From an uncultured Bacteroidales bacterium (lineage in GTDB: Bacteria > Bacteroidota > Bacteroidia > Bacteroidales > UBA7960), in the NCBI GenBank assembly GCA_964349365.1, contig CAYGFY010000004.1, forward strand, positions 24,115 through 88,114: a stretch of 64,000 nucleotides of DNA, read 5' to 3'. Below the pieces are notes generated by a model that saw only the letters and a list, made by a program, of their open reading frames with translations, searched no databases and had not been told where the DNA came from. Each line of letters starts with the position of its first letter. The stretch's first letter is position 1. Below are positions 16,566 to 25,738 of this stretch, piece after piece. The position numbers and the translations under genes are program-made.

Positions 16566-18989
16566 ATGCCCGGCAAATTGAAACAAGGAGGTCGTTTGCG
16601 GCTGTTGTTGGGATTGGGTCTTTACTCATCGGCAGTGATAGCGTTCCAGTTGTCGCTGATACAGCTTATTTCAATAGTGCAATGGCATCACTTTGCTTAT
16701 ATGATTATCTCCATAGCCCTGATGGGTTTCGGGGCAAGTGGAACTGTATTGGCATTGGCAGGTAAAAAACTGCTTAGACACCAGGACAAGCTTGTGCCCC
16801 TGCTTTTCGTTGCAAGTGGCCTTTTGATGGTGGTTGTGTTCCAGATTAGCCGGCTCGAATGGCTTAGGTTTGACGTGTTCATTATGTTTGGCGGTGGCGG
16901 AGGTTTTTGGAAACTGTTTTTAAACTACTTGTTGTTTTCGCTTCCATTTTTTCTTGGGGCCCTGGCCATTGGAATCATCTTCATTTCCAAAAGTAAAGAG
17001 ATCGGCTCTTACTACTTCTCAAATTTGCTCGGGTCGGGTTTAGGTGGCCTTTATGCATTGTTTTTAATATCGTGGTTCTCGCCGAAAATCATTCCGGTGG
17101 TAATTGGCTGTCTTGCAATAGCATCAGGGTTGATTGTGGCAGGAGAGAAAACCCTTAAGTTGGTTATTGCGGTATCTTTGCTGGCTTTTAGCTTGTCCGT
17201 ATTCATGGCCAGCCGGCCTTTCGAATTTCACCTTTCCGAATACAAGGCCATTGACCAAGCCCTTAACCTCCCCGAAGCAGAGATAACACACAAGTTTTCA
17301 TCGGTTCACGGCCTCGTGGAGGTAGTGCATAGTCCGGCCCAGAGATTTTCTCCGGCATTAAGTTTTAACTTCGCCGGAGAAATTAAGGGAGGGCACGCCG
17401 TGTTCGTTAATGGCGATTATTATGGCCAGGTAATAAACCATGCTGATTTTGAGACAGACCACATTTTGAATTTTTCAACATTTAACCTTCCGTTCGTGGT
17501 TTCAAATCCCGAAAAAGTATTGGTCCTGAATGAAGGAACCGCCACAAATGTTTCTCACGCACTCGCTAACGGAGCCAGACAAGTTGATGCAGTAATTCCA
17601 AATAGAATTATTTCGCGATTATTAAAAGACGACCTCCACGAGGCATCGGGAGGGATATTGACAAGGCCAGGAGTAGAAGTTCATAACATGGAAGCACGAA
17701 ATTTCTTGTGGCACCGAAACACCCCTCAATACGACTTAATAGTTTTACCCATAAAAGAAGGTTTTGGCGGCACCTCCGGGTTGGGTGCATTGAGGGAAGA
17801 GTTCAGCCTTACAACCGAAGCCTTTGATCAAATGATTAATATCTTGTCGCCTCAAGGTATGATTTCAATTTCCACATGGTTCGACTACCCCCACCGTACC
17901 AGCTTGAAAATACCGGCAACTCTGATTGAAGCAGCAAGAACACTCAACCCGGGCCAACCACAAAAACACGTTGCCGCAATTAGGTCTTGGGGCACTATTA
18001 CCTTCGTTCTTAAAAAAGAACCTTTCGACCAAACCCAAAATGGGCTAATAAGGGATTTTTGCAATAAAATGCTATTTGACCCATTGCTGCTAAGCGATCT
18101 GGAACCTCACGAGCGCCAGCACTACAACATGGTAGGCGACACCACTTTTTTCAATTTGCTTGACAGAATAATTGCCGGCGACACCAGTGTTTTTGCAGAA
18201 TATGCATTCAACATTGCCCCCGCAACAGATAACAAACCCTATTTCAACAGGTACCTTAAACTTAATAAATTCGACGATCTTCTAAAAACTTACGGGGCTG
18301 GCCAACTGCCATTCCTTGAGCTGGGCTACCTAACCTTGCTGGTTACCCTGATACAAGCCTTGGTGCTTGTATTCATACTAATAATACTACCTCTTTTCTT
18401 TATAAAGAAATCAAAACTCGGAAAAGGTTCAACCCTTCTTTACTTCGGTGCAATAGGGCTGGGTTATATGTTTGCCGAAATAATTCTAATACAACGCTTC
18501 ATCTTGTATTTTGGGGCCCCGGTTTATTCTGTCGCGGCGGTTATTAGCACAATGCTGGTCTCTAGCGGGTTAGGCAGCCTTTTATCGAAAAGAGTGAAAG
18601 TCGATCAACAATCCATTTTTAAAATTGGCACCACGGTTGCGGCCATCCTCCTTTTGCTTATTTTGTTTTTGCAACCTGTTTTGCAGGGGTCTATCTCGGC
18701 ACCCATAACGGTAAAGGTGGCAATAGGGTTGCTGGTTATCGGAATACCTGCCTTTGCAATGGGCTTCATGTTTCCGTTGGGGGTAAGGTTGCTCGACAGG
18801 TACGACAGTTCACAGATACCTTGGGCTTGGGGTATAAATGGCTGCCTTTCGGTTACAAGCACTTCGTTGGCAACATTGCTGGCAGTTGAAAAGGGGTTCA
18901 ATGCGGTTATGCTGATAGCCGTTGTGGCATATTTGATTGCTGCTCTGGCATTCTCAATTGGCGGCCTTGGCAAAAGAAAAAAGATTTAG
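16566..18989 (+). CDS. Polytopic membrane protein with a central spermidine-synthase-like (class I MTase fold) domain
   Basis: An 807 aa protein with N- and C-terminal multi-helix modules flanking a soluble domain (VLVLNEGTATNVSHALANGARQVDAV ... YDLIVLPIKEGFGG). Its ATG lies 2 nt after the pcm stop. The family assignment is by eye only. Confidence 0.6.
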   Translation: MPGKLKQGGRLRLLLGLGLYSSAVIAFQLSLIQLISIVQWHHFAYMIISIALMGFGASGTVLALAGKKLLRHQDKLVPLLFVASGLLMVVVFQISRLEWLRFDVFIMFGGGGGFWKLFLNYLLFSLPFFLGALAIGIIFISKSKEIGSYYFSNLLGSGLGGLYALFLISWFSPKIIPVVIGCLAIASGLIVAGEKTLKLVIAVSLLAFSLSVFMASRPFEFHLSEYKAIDQALNLPEAEITHKFSSVHGLVEVVHSPAQRFSPALSFNFAGEIKGGHAVFVNGDYYGQVINHADFETDHILNFSTFNLPFVVSNPEKVLVLNEGTATNVSHALANGARQVDAVIPNRIISRLLKDDLHEASGGILTRPGVEVHNMEARNFLWHRNTPQYDLIVLPIKEGFGGTSGLGALREEFSLTTEAFDQMINILSPQGMISISTWFDYPHRTSLKIPATLIEAARTLNPGQPQKHVAAIRSWGTITFVLKKEPFDQTQNGLIRDFCNKMLFDPLLLSDLEPHERQHYNMVGDTTFFNLLDRIIAGDTSVFAEYAFNIAPATDNKPYFNRYLKLNKFDDLLKTYGAGQLPFLELGYLTLLVTLIQALVLVFILIILPLFFIKKSKLGKGSTLLYFGAIGLGYMFAEIILIQRFILYFGAPVYSVAAVISTMLVSSGLGSLLSKRVKVDQQSIFKIGTTVAAILLLLILFLQPVLQGSISAPITVKVAIGLLVIGIPAFAMGFMFPLGVRLLDRYDSSQIPWAWGINGCLSVTSTSLATLLAVEKGFNAVMLIAVVAYLIAALAFSIGGLGKRKKI

Positions 18990-19015
18990 GTTCTTGTAAT
19001 AACCACAATGCAGAA

Positions 19016-19816
19016 ATGACAAAACAAATAACCAGCTTGCAGAACCCACTGGTTAAAACCATACTCGACCTGCAGCAAAAAAGTTCGGCTCGCAGGTCAA
19101 CGAGCCTTTTCGTGGCAGAGGGTCGAAGGGAGGTTTCGCTGGCTATTTCCAACGGGTACAAGATGGAGTTCGTAATTATTTGCCCCGAAATTTACAATCC
19201 TGATCCATCCTACCCGATTGCCCTTGACAGAATCCCTAAAGGGCAACTGATTGAAGTTACCCCGAAGGTTTACAACAAGATTGCTTACCGCCAAAGCACC
19301 GAAGGAATAATCACCATTGCACACTCGAAAACGGTGGGACTATGCGACATAAATACTTCGGGACAACCTTTTTTCATTGTTTTGGAGGGGGTAGAAAAAC
19401 CCGGCAACCTTGGCGCAATTTTAAGAACCGCCGATGCAGCGGGAGTCGCAGCACTGGTGCTGTGCGATTCTAAAACCGACATTTACAACCCAAATTCCAT
19501 CAGATCCAGCTTGGGTTGCACTTTTACCGTTCCCATAGTTTCGTGTAGCCCCAAAGAAGCCATTGATTGGTTCAAGAAAAGCAAAATCATTATTCACGCT
19601 GCCACCTTGGATACTTCAACCTTGTACACCGATGTCGATTTAACCAAACCAACGGCAATAGCCTTCGGTGCCGAAAATTTAGGTCTTTCTCCTATTTGGT
19701 CAGAAAGTGCTGATTTAAAAATTAAAATACCGATGAAGGGAATGATTGATTCGCTGAATGTATCGGCATCGGTTGCAGTAATATCTTATGAAGCCCTAAG
19801 GCAAAAAGGATTATAA
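19016..19816 (+). CDS. TrmH/SpoU-family RNA 2'-O-methyltransferase
   Basis: SpoU motifs VLEGVEKPGNLGAILRTADAAGV, AFGAENLGLS and IPMKGMIDSLNVSASVAV. Confidence 0.88.
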   Translation: MTKQITSLQNPLVKTILDLQQKSSARRSTSLFVAEGRREVSLAISNGYKMEFVIICPEIYNPDPSYPIALDRIPKGQLIEVTPKVYNKIAYRQSTEGIITIAHSKTVGLCDINTSGQPFFIVLEGVEKPGNLGAILRTADAAGVAALVLCDSKTDIYNPNSIRSSLGCTFTVPIVSCSPKEAIDWFKKSKIIIHAATLDTSTLYTDVDLTKPTAIAFGAENLGLSPIWSESADLKIKIPMKGMIDSLNVSASVAVISYEALRQKGL

Positions 19817-19823
19817 GAGGTAA

Positions 19824-20747
19824 TCAATGCGCATCAATGCCGTGGCGCATGTAAACGAGGTGTTGAAGGGTCTTTAAAATTTCTTCCATATACTCGTTTA
19901 CGGCCTTTACGCTCCCCGGGAGTGTATAAACAAGGGTGTTGTCAATAAGCCCTGCCACGCCAGAGCTCAAGAGAGCATTAGGTTTGCTTGCGCCGTACTT
20001 CATCCTGATCATTTCCATTATTCCGGAAATTTCCTTGTGGAGCATTGGTTTGATGGTTTCCACCGTTATGTCGCGAGGGCCAACACCGGTTCCACCCGTG
20101 GTAATAATTGCATCGAATTGCATTGACACGGCATAAGCAACCAAATCGGAAAGTTGTTCCGTGCTGTCGGGAATTAGCTCCTGTTTAATGTCAATTTTTC
20201 GTTTGGTTTTGCTGAAGTGGGTATTGAGGATTTCGACAATCCTTGGCCCGCTCAGGTCAGCATACTCTCCGCGGCTGGCGCGGTCGCTCAAGGTAATTAC
20301 CAAAAAGCGAAATATCTTTGGTTGGTAATAAAACTGGTCACCTGCCGTTACCGTTCCCCCTTTAATGACTCTTGCAAAGATACCCTCTTTGGGCATCACG
20401 CAGCTGCCAACTTCGTGAAAGATAGCACAGCCCGACCCGTGGCACTCCTTCCCTATTTGGGTAATTTCGAGTTCGACCTCACGGCCAACCAGTCTGTCAA
20501 GTGGCAGGGTTTCGTAAAGAACCAAGCCCTCGGTGGTGATATTTTCGGCAAATTCGCCGTAAACCAAGGTCCGGTTTGCTTTTTTCGAAAACTTTTCGAA
20601 ACTCTCTTTTCCCAAAAGACTAACCTGCCGGTGCCAACCGCCAGCGTGGGCATCTTCTTTAATACCATTATCATTCAAGGTTATTTCAGGAACAGGCTTT
20701 TTGGTTGTTCCCTTTTTTTCGGATATATTTACCGATAGGATTTTCAT
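19824..20747 (-). CDS. MOSC-domain / MogA(MoaB)-type molybdopterin adenylyltransferase fusion protein
   Basis: The N-terminal half, ILSVNISEKKGTTKKPV ... DAHAGGWHRQVSLL ... FAENITTEG ... ITQIGKECH, is MOSC-like. The C-terminal half, VITLSDRASRGEYADLSG ... IITTGGTGVGPRDIT, is MogA/MoaB-like. Confidence 0.82.
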   Translation of the reverse strand: MKILSVNISEKKGTTKKPVPEITLNDNGIKEDAHAGGWHRQVSLLGKESFEKFSKKANRTLVYGEFAENITTEGLVLYETLPLDRLVGREVELEITQIGKECHGSGCAIFHEVGSCVMPKEGIFARVIKGGTVTAGDQFYYQPKIFRFLVITLSDRASRGEYADLSGPRIVEILNTHFSKTKRKIDIKQELIPDSTEQLSDLVAYAVSMQFDAIITTGGTGVGPRDITVETIKPMLHKEISGIMEMIRMKYGASKPNALLSSGVAGLIDNTLVYTLPGSVKAVNEYMEEILKTLQHLVYMRHGIDAH

Positions 20748-20932
20748 TATTCTTCTACTTGTGGTAAATTTAAACTTGCAATTTTATCGAACTTTTTAAC
20801 TGAAAACAGCAGTTTTCGAAAATTGATTAGCGATTAACGAATTGCGATTTGATTGGATTAATTCATGACAAACAAGATCTGTGTGTTAGCGGGTTAAAAA
20901 CTGCATTATTAAGATGCCTTTAACTTTTTGCT

Positions 20933-21394
20933 TTATACTTTTGACTTTTCCAACAACGCTATATCGCTTATTACCATCTGTTTATCAGCAGCCTTGCACA
21001 TATCGTAAATGGTAAGGAGGCCGACGGAAACGGCGGCTAATGCTTCCATTTCCACGCCGGTTTGCCCGTTGCACTTGACGGTTGCAACAACTTCAATCCC
21101 GCCATCTCGTGGGCACGCCCTCACATCAACCTTGGTAATTTGAAGTTGATGACAGAGCGGAATTAAAGAAGAGGTGTTTTTTGCAGCCTGAATGCCAGCA
21201 ATCTCGGCTATTGTTAGTACATCGCCCTTCATCATTGAATTACCTTTCACAAGATTGAGGGTTTCTTCATTCAAGTAAATGAATCCCCGCGCTGTTGCAG
21301 ACCTCTGCTGAACGGGCTTGCCACCAACATCAACCATATTTGCCTTGCCGGTGTCGTTAACATGCGACAGTTTGCCGCTTGGATTGTTTTCCAC
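20933..21394 (-). CDS. moaC: Cyclic pyranopterin monophosphate synthase MoaC
   Basis: LSHVNDTGKANMVDVGGKPVQQRSATA ... KGDVLTIAEIAGIQAAKNTSSLIPLCHQL is the canonical MoaC sequence. The gene uses a GTG start at 21394. Confidence 0.92.
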   Translation of the reverse strand: MENNPSGKLSHVNDTGKANMVDVGGKPVQQRSATARGFIYLNEETLNLVKGNSMMKGDVLTIAEIAGIQAAKNTSSLIPLCHQLQITKVDVRACPRDGGIEVVATVKCNGQTGVEMEALAAVSVGLLTIYDMCKAADKQMVISDIALLEKSKV

Positions 21395-22445
21395 GGAAGT
21401 TTTTTTTGCAAAAATAGGGTAATTTTTAGGAGGAAACCTAAAATTATGACCAGAGTTTGTGTGTTATCTCACCATGACAATCCTAAAATCGCTACTTGAA
21501 GCACGAAACAAACTTGATGGTAACCTAAAATGATTTGCAATTGGCATTGCAAAAGAAAGACTATTTTTTTGGTTCTCCGCTAACTTATCAATAAACAACC
21601 CCCACTTATAGCAAAATCAACCAAGCCAATAAAACCATTCTTTGGCTTGAATCTGTTCTTGTGGCCTTCTTGCTAAATTATTGCGCAAGAAGCGGAGGGT
21701 ATTTTTGGCCTGCAATAAAGTAAAAATAGAATTTTTTGACCGATGGTGATGAAATGACTCTTGAGCCGGAAAATGAGATTTTCTTGTTCGATAGAAAAAT
21801 TTTCATGTAACGGCTCCATTCACTTCGAGACAAGCAACGCTCAAGAAACCCCTGTAATAATAATTAAAGGAGTTGCGGCAGATAAGGGCTGTAATTGGAG
21901 CGACAATATAATTGATTACCATAAACGAACAGCCCACGGGATTACTACAAGGGTTCTTGCAAACAAGTTTGTTTTGCCGGCAGGAGAACTTTCGGCAAGC
22001 GCTACAAAATTAGGTTTAATAAAGAATTAACACCACCGGTCTGGTGCAAGAATTTTTTAACTTTCAAGCATGAATTTTGCCCAGAAAAGCCCTCCAAGAC
22101 AAAAACTAAGAATTACTAAAAACAAACCAAATCGGTATGGGAAATCTCCGAAGATGAGCTGTAAACAGGCAATCTTCTCACCGGGATATAATTAAAATTG
22201 GCAAGGTTAAGGTACCCAAACACGGGGTTGCACTTATCAGGCCGGATGTAATTTTCTACGAAAACACCGGCCAGTCATTTACGTTTGCCCGAAAAATTCA
22301 AGTGAATCTGAAAAACGGCTGAACTAACCTTTTGCGGTTTTTGTCGGCTTCATGCAAACTAGGTCATTTGTTTTGGCACCGGCGGGGGCAACTTTTATAT
22401 TAGAAGAAACCATGAAAACAAAACGAAATTGCAGCAATGGTTTTC

Positions 22446-23222
22446 TTAAACCATCCTCTTTATTAACCTCAAGTTGTGCGTGTATTTTTTAAGTTCCTTG
22501 TTGAAAATGCCTTGGTGGTCAACAGGGTCAATTCTTACCTTGCCGAAGGCGTGAATTATTTTGCCTTCTTCAACAAGCATGCCGACATGGGTTATAATTT
22601 GGTCTTGATTATCAAAGAACAACAAATCACCGGGTTGCGCCTCGACCAAAAGATCTATTGACATCCCGTTGGCGGCTTGCGCCGATGCATCGCGGTGGAT
22701 TGAAATTCCTGCCATTTTGAAAACAACCTGCATCAATCCGGAGCAGTCAATCCCAAAACACGATCTGCCACCCCAAAGGTAAGTGGTGTCCAAGAACATT
22801 TTTGCAAATTTGGGCAAAAGCTCGCGTGAAACATTTGTGGTGTCTTCGAACTCATCAAAGTAAAAGAATCTCCTCTTTTCGATGTTGAACTCTTTGTTAT
22901 GCAGCCCTGGAAAATTGCTTCCTGCGCTTATTGTAAAAAAAGAATTATCATTCAAACAATTGACCCTGGCAAAATTTTGGGTGCAAACAATCAAGGGGGT
23001 TTTTGTAATTTCCTTGAATGTTGATTCCGAAATCATTGAAACCTGATTGGTGGTTACCCAGCCAAGGTAGTGATCTTGGGTGTTTCGAACCTTAATCCAG
23101 TCGTTCTTTTTTTCGATTATATCAAATGTTTCGCCGAAAAGAAGTTGGCTCACAAGTTCGCTTCTGTGGTCTTGTTCTGACCGCATTTGGGCAATTGATA
23201 TTAGGCAAATTCCGTGTTTCAT
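22446..23222 (-). CDS. NlpC/P60 (C40) peptidase with N-terminal SH3b domains and no signal peptide (YkfC-like gamma-D-Glu-diamino-acid endopeptidase type)
   Basis: The catalytic region is YLWGGRSCFGIDCSGLMQVVF ... GDLLFF ... ITHVGM. An SH3b-like segment LLFGETFDIIEKKNDWIKVRN lies N-terminal to it. The start is set at ATG 23222 to avoid overlap with the amidase gene. Confidence 0.85.
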   Translation of the reverse strand: MKHGICLISIAQMRSEQDHRSELVSQLLFGETFDIIEKKNDWIKVRNTQDHYLGWVTTNQVSMISESTFKEITKTPLIVCTQNFARVNCLNDNSFFTISAGSNFPGLHNKEFNIEKRRFFYFDEFEDTTNVSRELLPKFAKMFLDTTYLWGGRSCFGIDCSGLMQVVFKMAGISIHRDASAQAANGMSIDLLVEAQPGDLLFFDNQDQIITHVGMLVEEGKIIHAFGKVRIDPVDHQGIFNKELKKYTHNLRLIKRMV

Positions 23223-23251
23223 GGCAATGGTGTCATTTAAATGAAAAAATC

Positions 23252-24919
23252 TCAAAACCCTGGAGGTGTTTTTCTAAAGAACTGCTTTTTGTCTTGAAAG
23301 GCTTTTCCCAAAAGCAAGATGTTGTCCTCTCTAAACCAGTTTCCCAATATGGTCAAGCTTGTTGGTAAACCATCCTCTGAAAAGCCAGTAGGAATGGCTA
23401 ATGCCGGATGTCCCGTAAGGTTGGTCATTAAGAGCTGATTGCCCACGAAACTTGGAGTTACGATAACATCGACCAAGTTGAAAAGTTTTGAAAATTCTTC
23501 AATAATTAAAGTTCTGATTCGGTTGGCCTGGATGTACTCAACCGCCGGGATAAACCTTGCAGCCCTGAAGGTATTTGGCCAAGCTTTTTTTACCTGTCGT
23601 ACCATCAAGCTGTCTTTACCCGTAAGGGTCAAGATGCTGAATGCCGCTGCAGCCTCGGCGGCAAGTATAAAAGAAATGGCCGATACGGGGTGATTTTCGG
23701 GAAGGGCTATTGGGATAAGCTCTATACCAAGGTTTCTTAACGATTGAAGGGCTAAACTATCGTTGACTCTCATGGGATAGTCTTGCTCGAAGTAACCCCT
23801 CGTGTATCCCACCCGAAGGTTTCTCGGGTCTCTGGCAAGGTTAATGTTTAAAGCCACGTCGGCCAAGGTTGGGTCAATTCCATCTGGCCCCGAAATGGCC
23901 GCAAGAACTATTGCGCAGTCATGCGCTGTGCTGGCAATTGGTCCAATTTTGTCCATTGTCCAAGAAAGTGCCATTGCGCCCGTGCGGCTAACCCGTCCGA
24001 AGGTAGGGCGCAAACCTGTAACCCCACAAACTGTTGAAGGCGAAACTATTGACCCCCATGTTTCCGACCCTATTGCAAACGGAACCAGTCCTGCAGCAAC
24101 CGCCGCTGCCGAGCCAGCAGATGAACCGCTTGAACCAGTTTCGGTGTTCCACGGATTGCGTGTTTTGCCCCCGTGCCACACATCGCCCCAGGCAAGTTCG
24201 CCAAGACTTAACTTGACCAACAAAACCGCACCTGCTTCATGGAGCTTCTCAATTACAGGTGATGTAATTGTTGGTATTTGTTCCTTGTATATTTTCGAAC
24301 CAAACGTTAACGGCACCCCTTTTAGCGAAAGCAAGTCTTTGGCTCCATAGGGTATGCCGTGCAGGGGGCCTCGGTATTTACCACCTTGCAGTTCCTTGTC
24401 CATTGCTCTCGCTTGTTCGAGGGCCGCGTCTTCCAAGAGGGTAATTGTACAAAACAATTGGCTATCAAACCGCTTTAAACGTTCTAAAAACAACCGTGTA
24501 AGCTCAAGGGATGTAACCTGTCTGGTTCTGATCAGTTCCGAAAGTTCGGCAACCGTGTAAAAGCACAGGTCTTCCCTGTTTTTTGGAAGCTTTGTGCCGG
24601 TTGGCAGTAAAAAGTTTGTTTTATTGTCGGGAAAACTCGGCTTGTATGACAATGGTACCGGAGAAAACACGAAAGCGGGCAAGACACTGTTTGGCATTTC
24701 AACTTGTTGAATGGCCTTGTAATTCTCAATTGCCACGGTAACTTCGTCAAGGAGCGAATCACGTTGGGCCTCGGTAAACTTGAGGTTGAAAAGTTGCTCG
24801 GCAGCAAATACATGTTGCTTCAGCCCTTGTTCGTTTTTTTTTGATTGGAATACATTCAGCGCTATTGAACAAATAAGAAGCATTGCAAGCAAGGCTATTA
24901 TTTTCGATGATTTTTTCAT
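23252..24919 (-). CDS. Amidase-signature (AS) family amidase, secreted
   Basis: Signal peptide MKKSSKIIALLAMLLICSIALNVF. AS motif GSSGSSAGSAAAVAAGLVPFAIGSETWGSI, plus GIPYGAKDL. Confidence 0.87.
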   Translation of the reverse strand: MKKSSKIIALLAMLLICSIALNVFQSKKNEQGLKQHVFAAEQLFNLKFTEAQRDSLLDEVTVAIENYKAIQQVEMPNSVLPAFVFSPVPLSYKPSFPDNKTNFLLPTGTKLPKNREDLCFYTVAELSELIRTRQVTSLELTRLFLERLKRFDSQLFCTITLLEDAALEQARAMDKELQGGKYRGPLHGIPYGAKDLLSLKGVPLTFGSKIYKEQIPTITSPVIEKLHEAGAVLLVKLSLGELAWGDVWHGGKTRNPWNTETGSSGSSAGSAAAVAAGLVPFAIGSETWGSIVSPSTVCGVTGLRPTFGRVSRTGAMALSWTMDKIGPIASTAHDCAIVLAAISGPDGIDPTLADVALNINLARDPRNLRVGYTRGYFEQDYPMRVNDSLALQSLRNLGIELIPIALPENHPVSAISFILAAEAAAAFSILTLTGKDSLMVRQVKKAWPNTFRAARFIPAVEYIQANRIRTLIIEEFSKLFNLVDVIVTPSFVGNQLLMTNLTGHPALAIPTGFSEDGLPTSLTILGNWFREDNILLLGKAFQDKKQFFRKTPPGF

Positions 24920-25135
24920 GAAAAAGAAGTTTCTAATTTTTCCACCGTCTCAAAATTACAAAAAACCATCAGGTGCCAAAGCAATTTCGGCTAAATAATT
25001 TATTTCGGATGTTTCAATCCTCAACTTGCTCTCCTACCTCCTCGTAAATACCTACGGAAGAGTTCTTGGTTTACCGACCCACTTTTCGCCGTTAGCACCT
25101 GCCAAAACAAACAACAGGCTATTTTGCGAGTTTAA

Positions 25136-25738
25136 CTTGTAATACCTGAAACACTGCGGCATTCGCTCAAGGTTGCCCTCCTTGCCCAAGAGGCAGGAAG
25201 GCAAATTGGCGGCAACACCTGACCAACATGCAAGGGTGCGCCCTACCAGGATGTCGGAAAGATCAAAAATCTCTTGTTCTCTAAAAAAATCAGGTCGCCG
25301 ACTACGACCCTCGCGATGATGTTTCGAGAGTGGAAAGTGCCAAAACAATTGTAAGCCACGTTATTGATGGTATTGATTTGGCAAGGGAACATCACGTTCT
25401 CGAATATGTAATTGACCTAATTAGCACCCACCATGGCACAACCACTGCCATGTACTTTTACCTTATACCCCAAAGCGAAAATCCATAATCGATAAACTGC
25501 ATGAAGATTATAACGCGTCGCGGCCAAGCCAATTTAAAAAGAAATTGAAGCTGTATTGATGGTCTAGGCCGAAGAGACTTAATCATGCAGCTTGCGTAAA
25601 CCTCCTATTGCATCTGCCGAAACACTCGCAAACGATATGGTTCAAGGAGGAGGCTCGAGAAAGGCAGTTTGAAAACGGCAACAGTGAGCCAAATGATATA
25701 ACAATTGCAAAGGGGACTTGAAGCCGAATGATATCTAA
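25136..25738 (+). pseudogene. Decayed C-terminal remnant of a 7TM-HD / HDIG-type phosphohydrolase (YqfF-like)
   Basis: My plus-strand translation reads ...LRHSLKVALLAQEAGRQIGGNT*PTCKGAPYQDVGKIKNLLFSKK, with an in-frame TGA at 25220. After a frame change inside the A7 run at 25283-25289 it continues KNQVADYDPRDDVSRVESAKTIVSHVIDGIDLAREHHVLEYVIDLISTHHGTTTAMYFY, with a stop at 25486. This matches the HSL.VA ... HDIGK ... SA.II..HV.G..LA ... HHGT...YFY pattern of the family, but HD has become QD. The N-terminal 7TM part is absent. Confidence 0.55.

Noticed and set aside
21761-22030. 89 aa plus-strand ORF in the moaC-C40 gap
   Set aside because: It has no recognisable motif, an odd composition, no plausible translation signals and no operon context. 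I kept it only as part of the ORF-poor-region finding.
25052-25348. 98 aa minus-strand ORF in the amidase/wbqC spacer
   Set aside because: The opposite strand carries recognisable, though disrupted, HD-phosphohydrolase motifs. The minus-strand ORF is therefore best explained as an artefact over a pseudogene.
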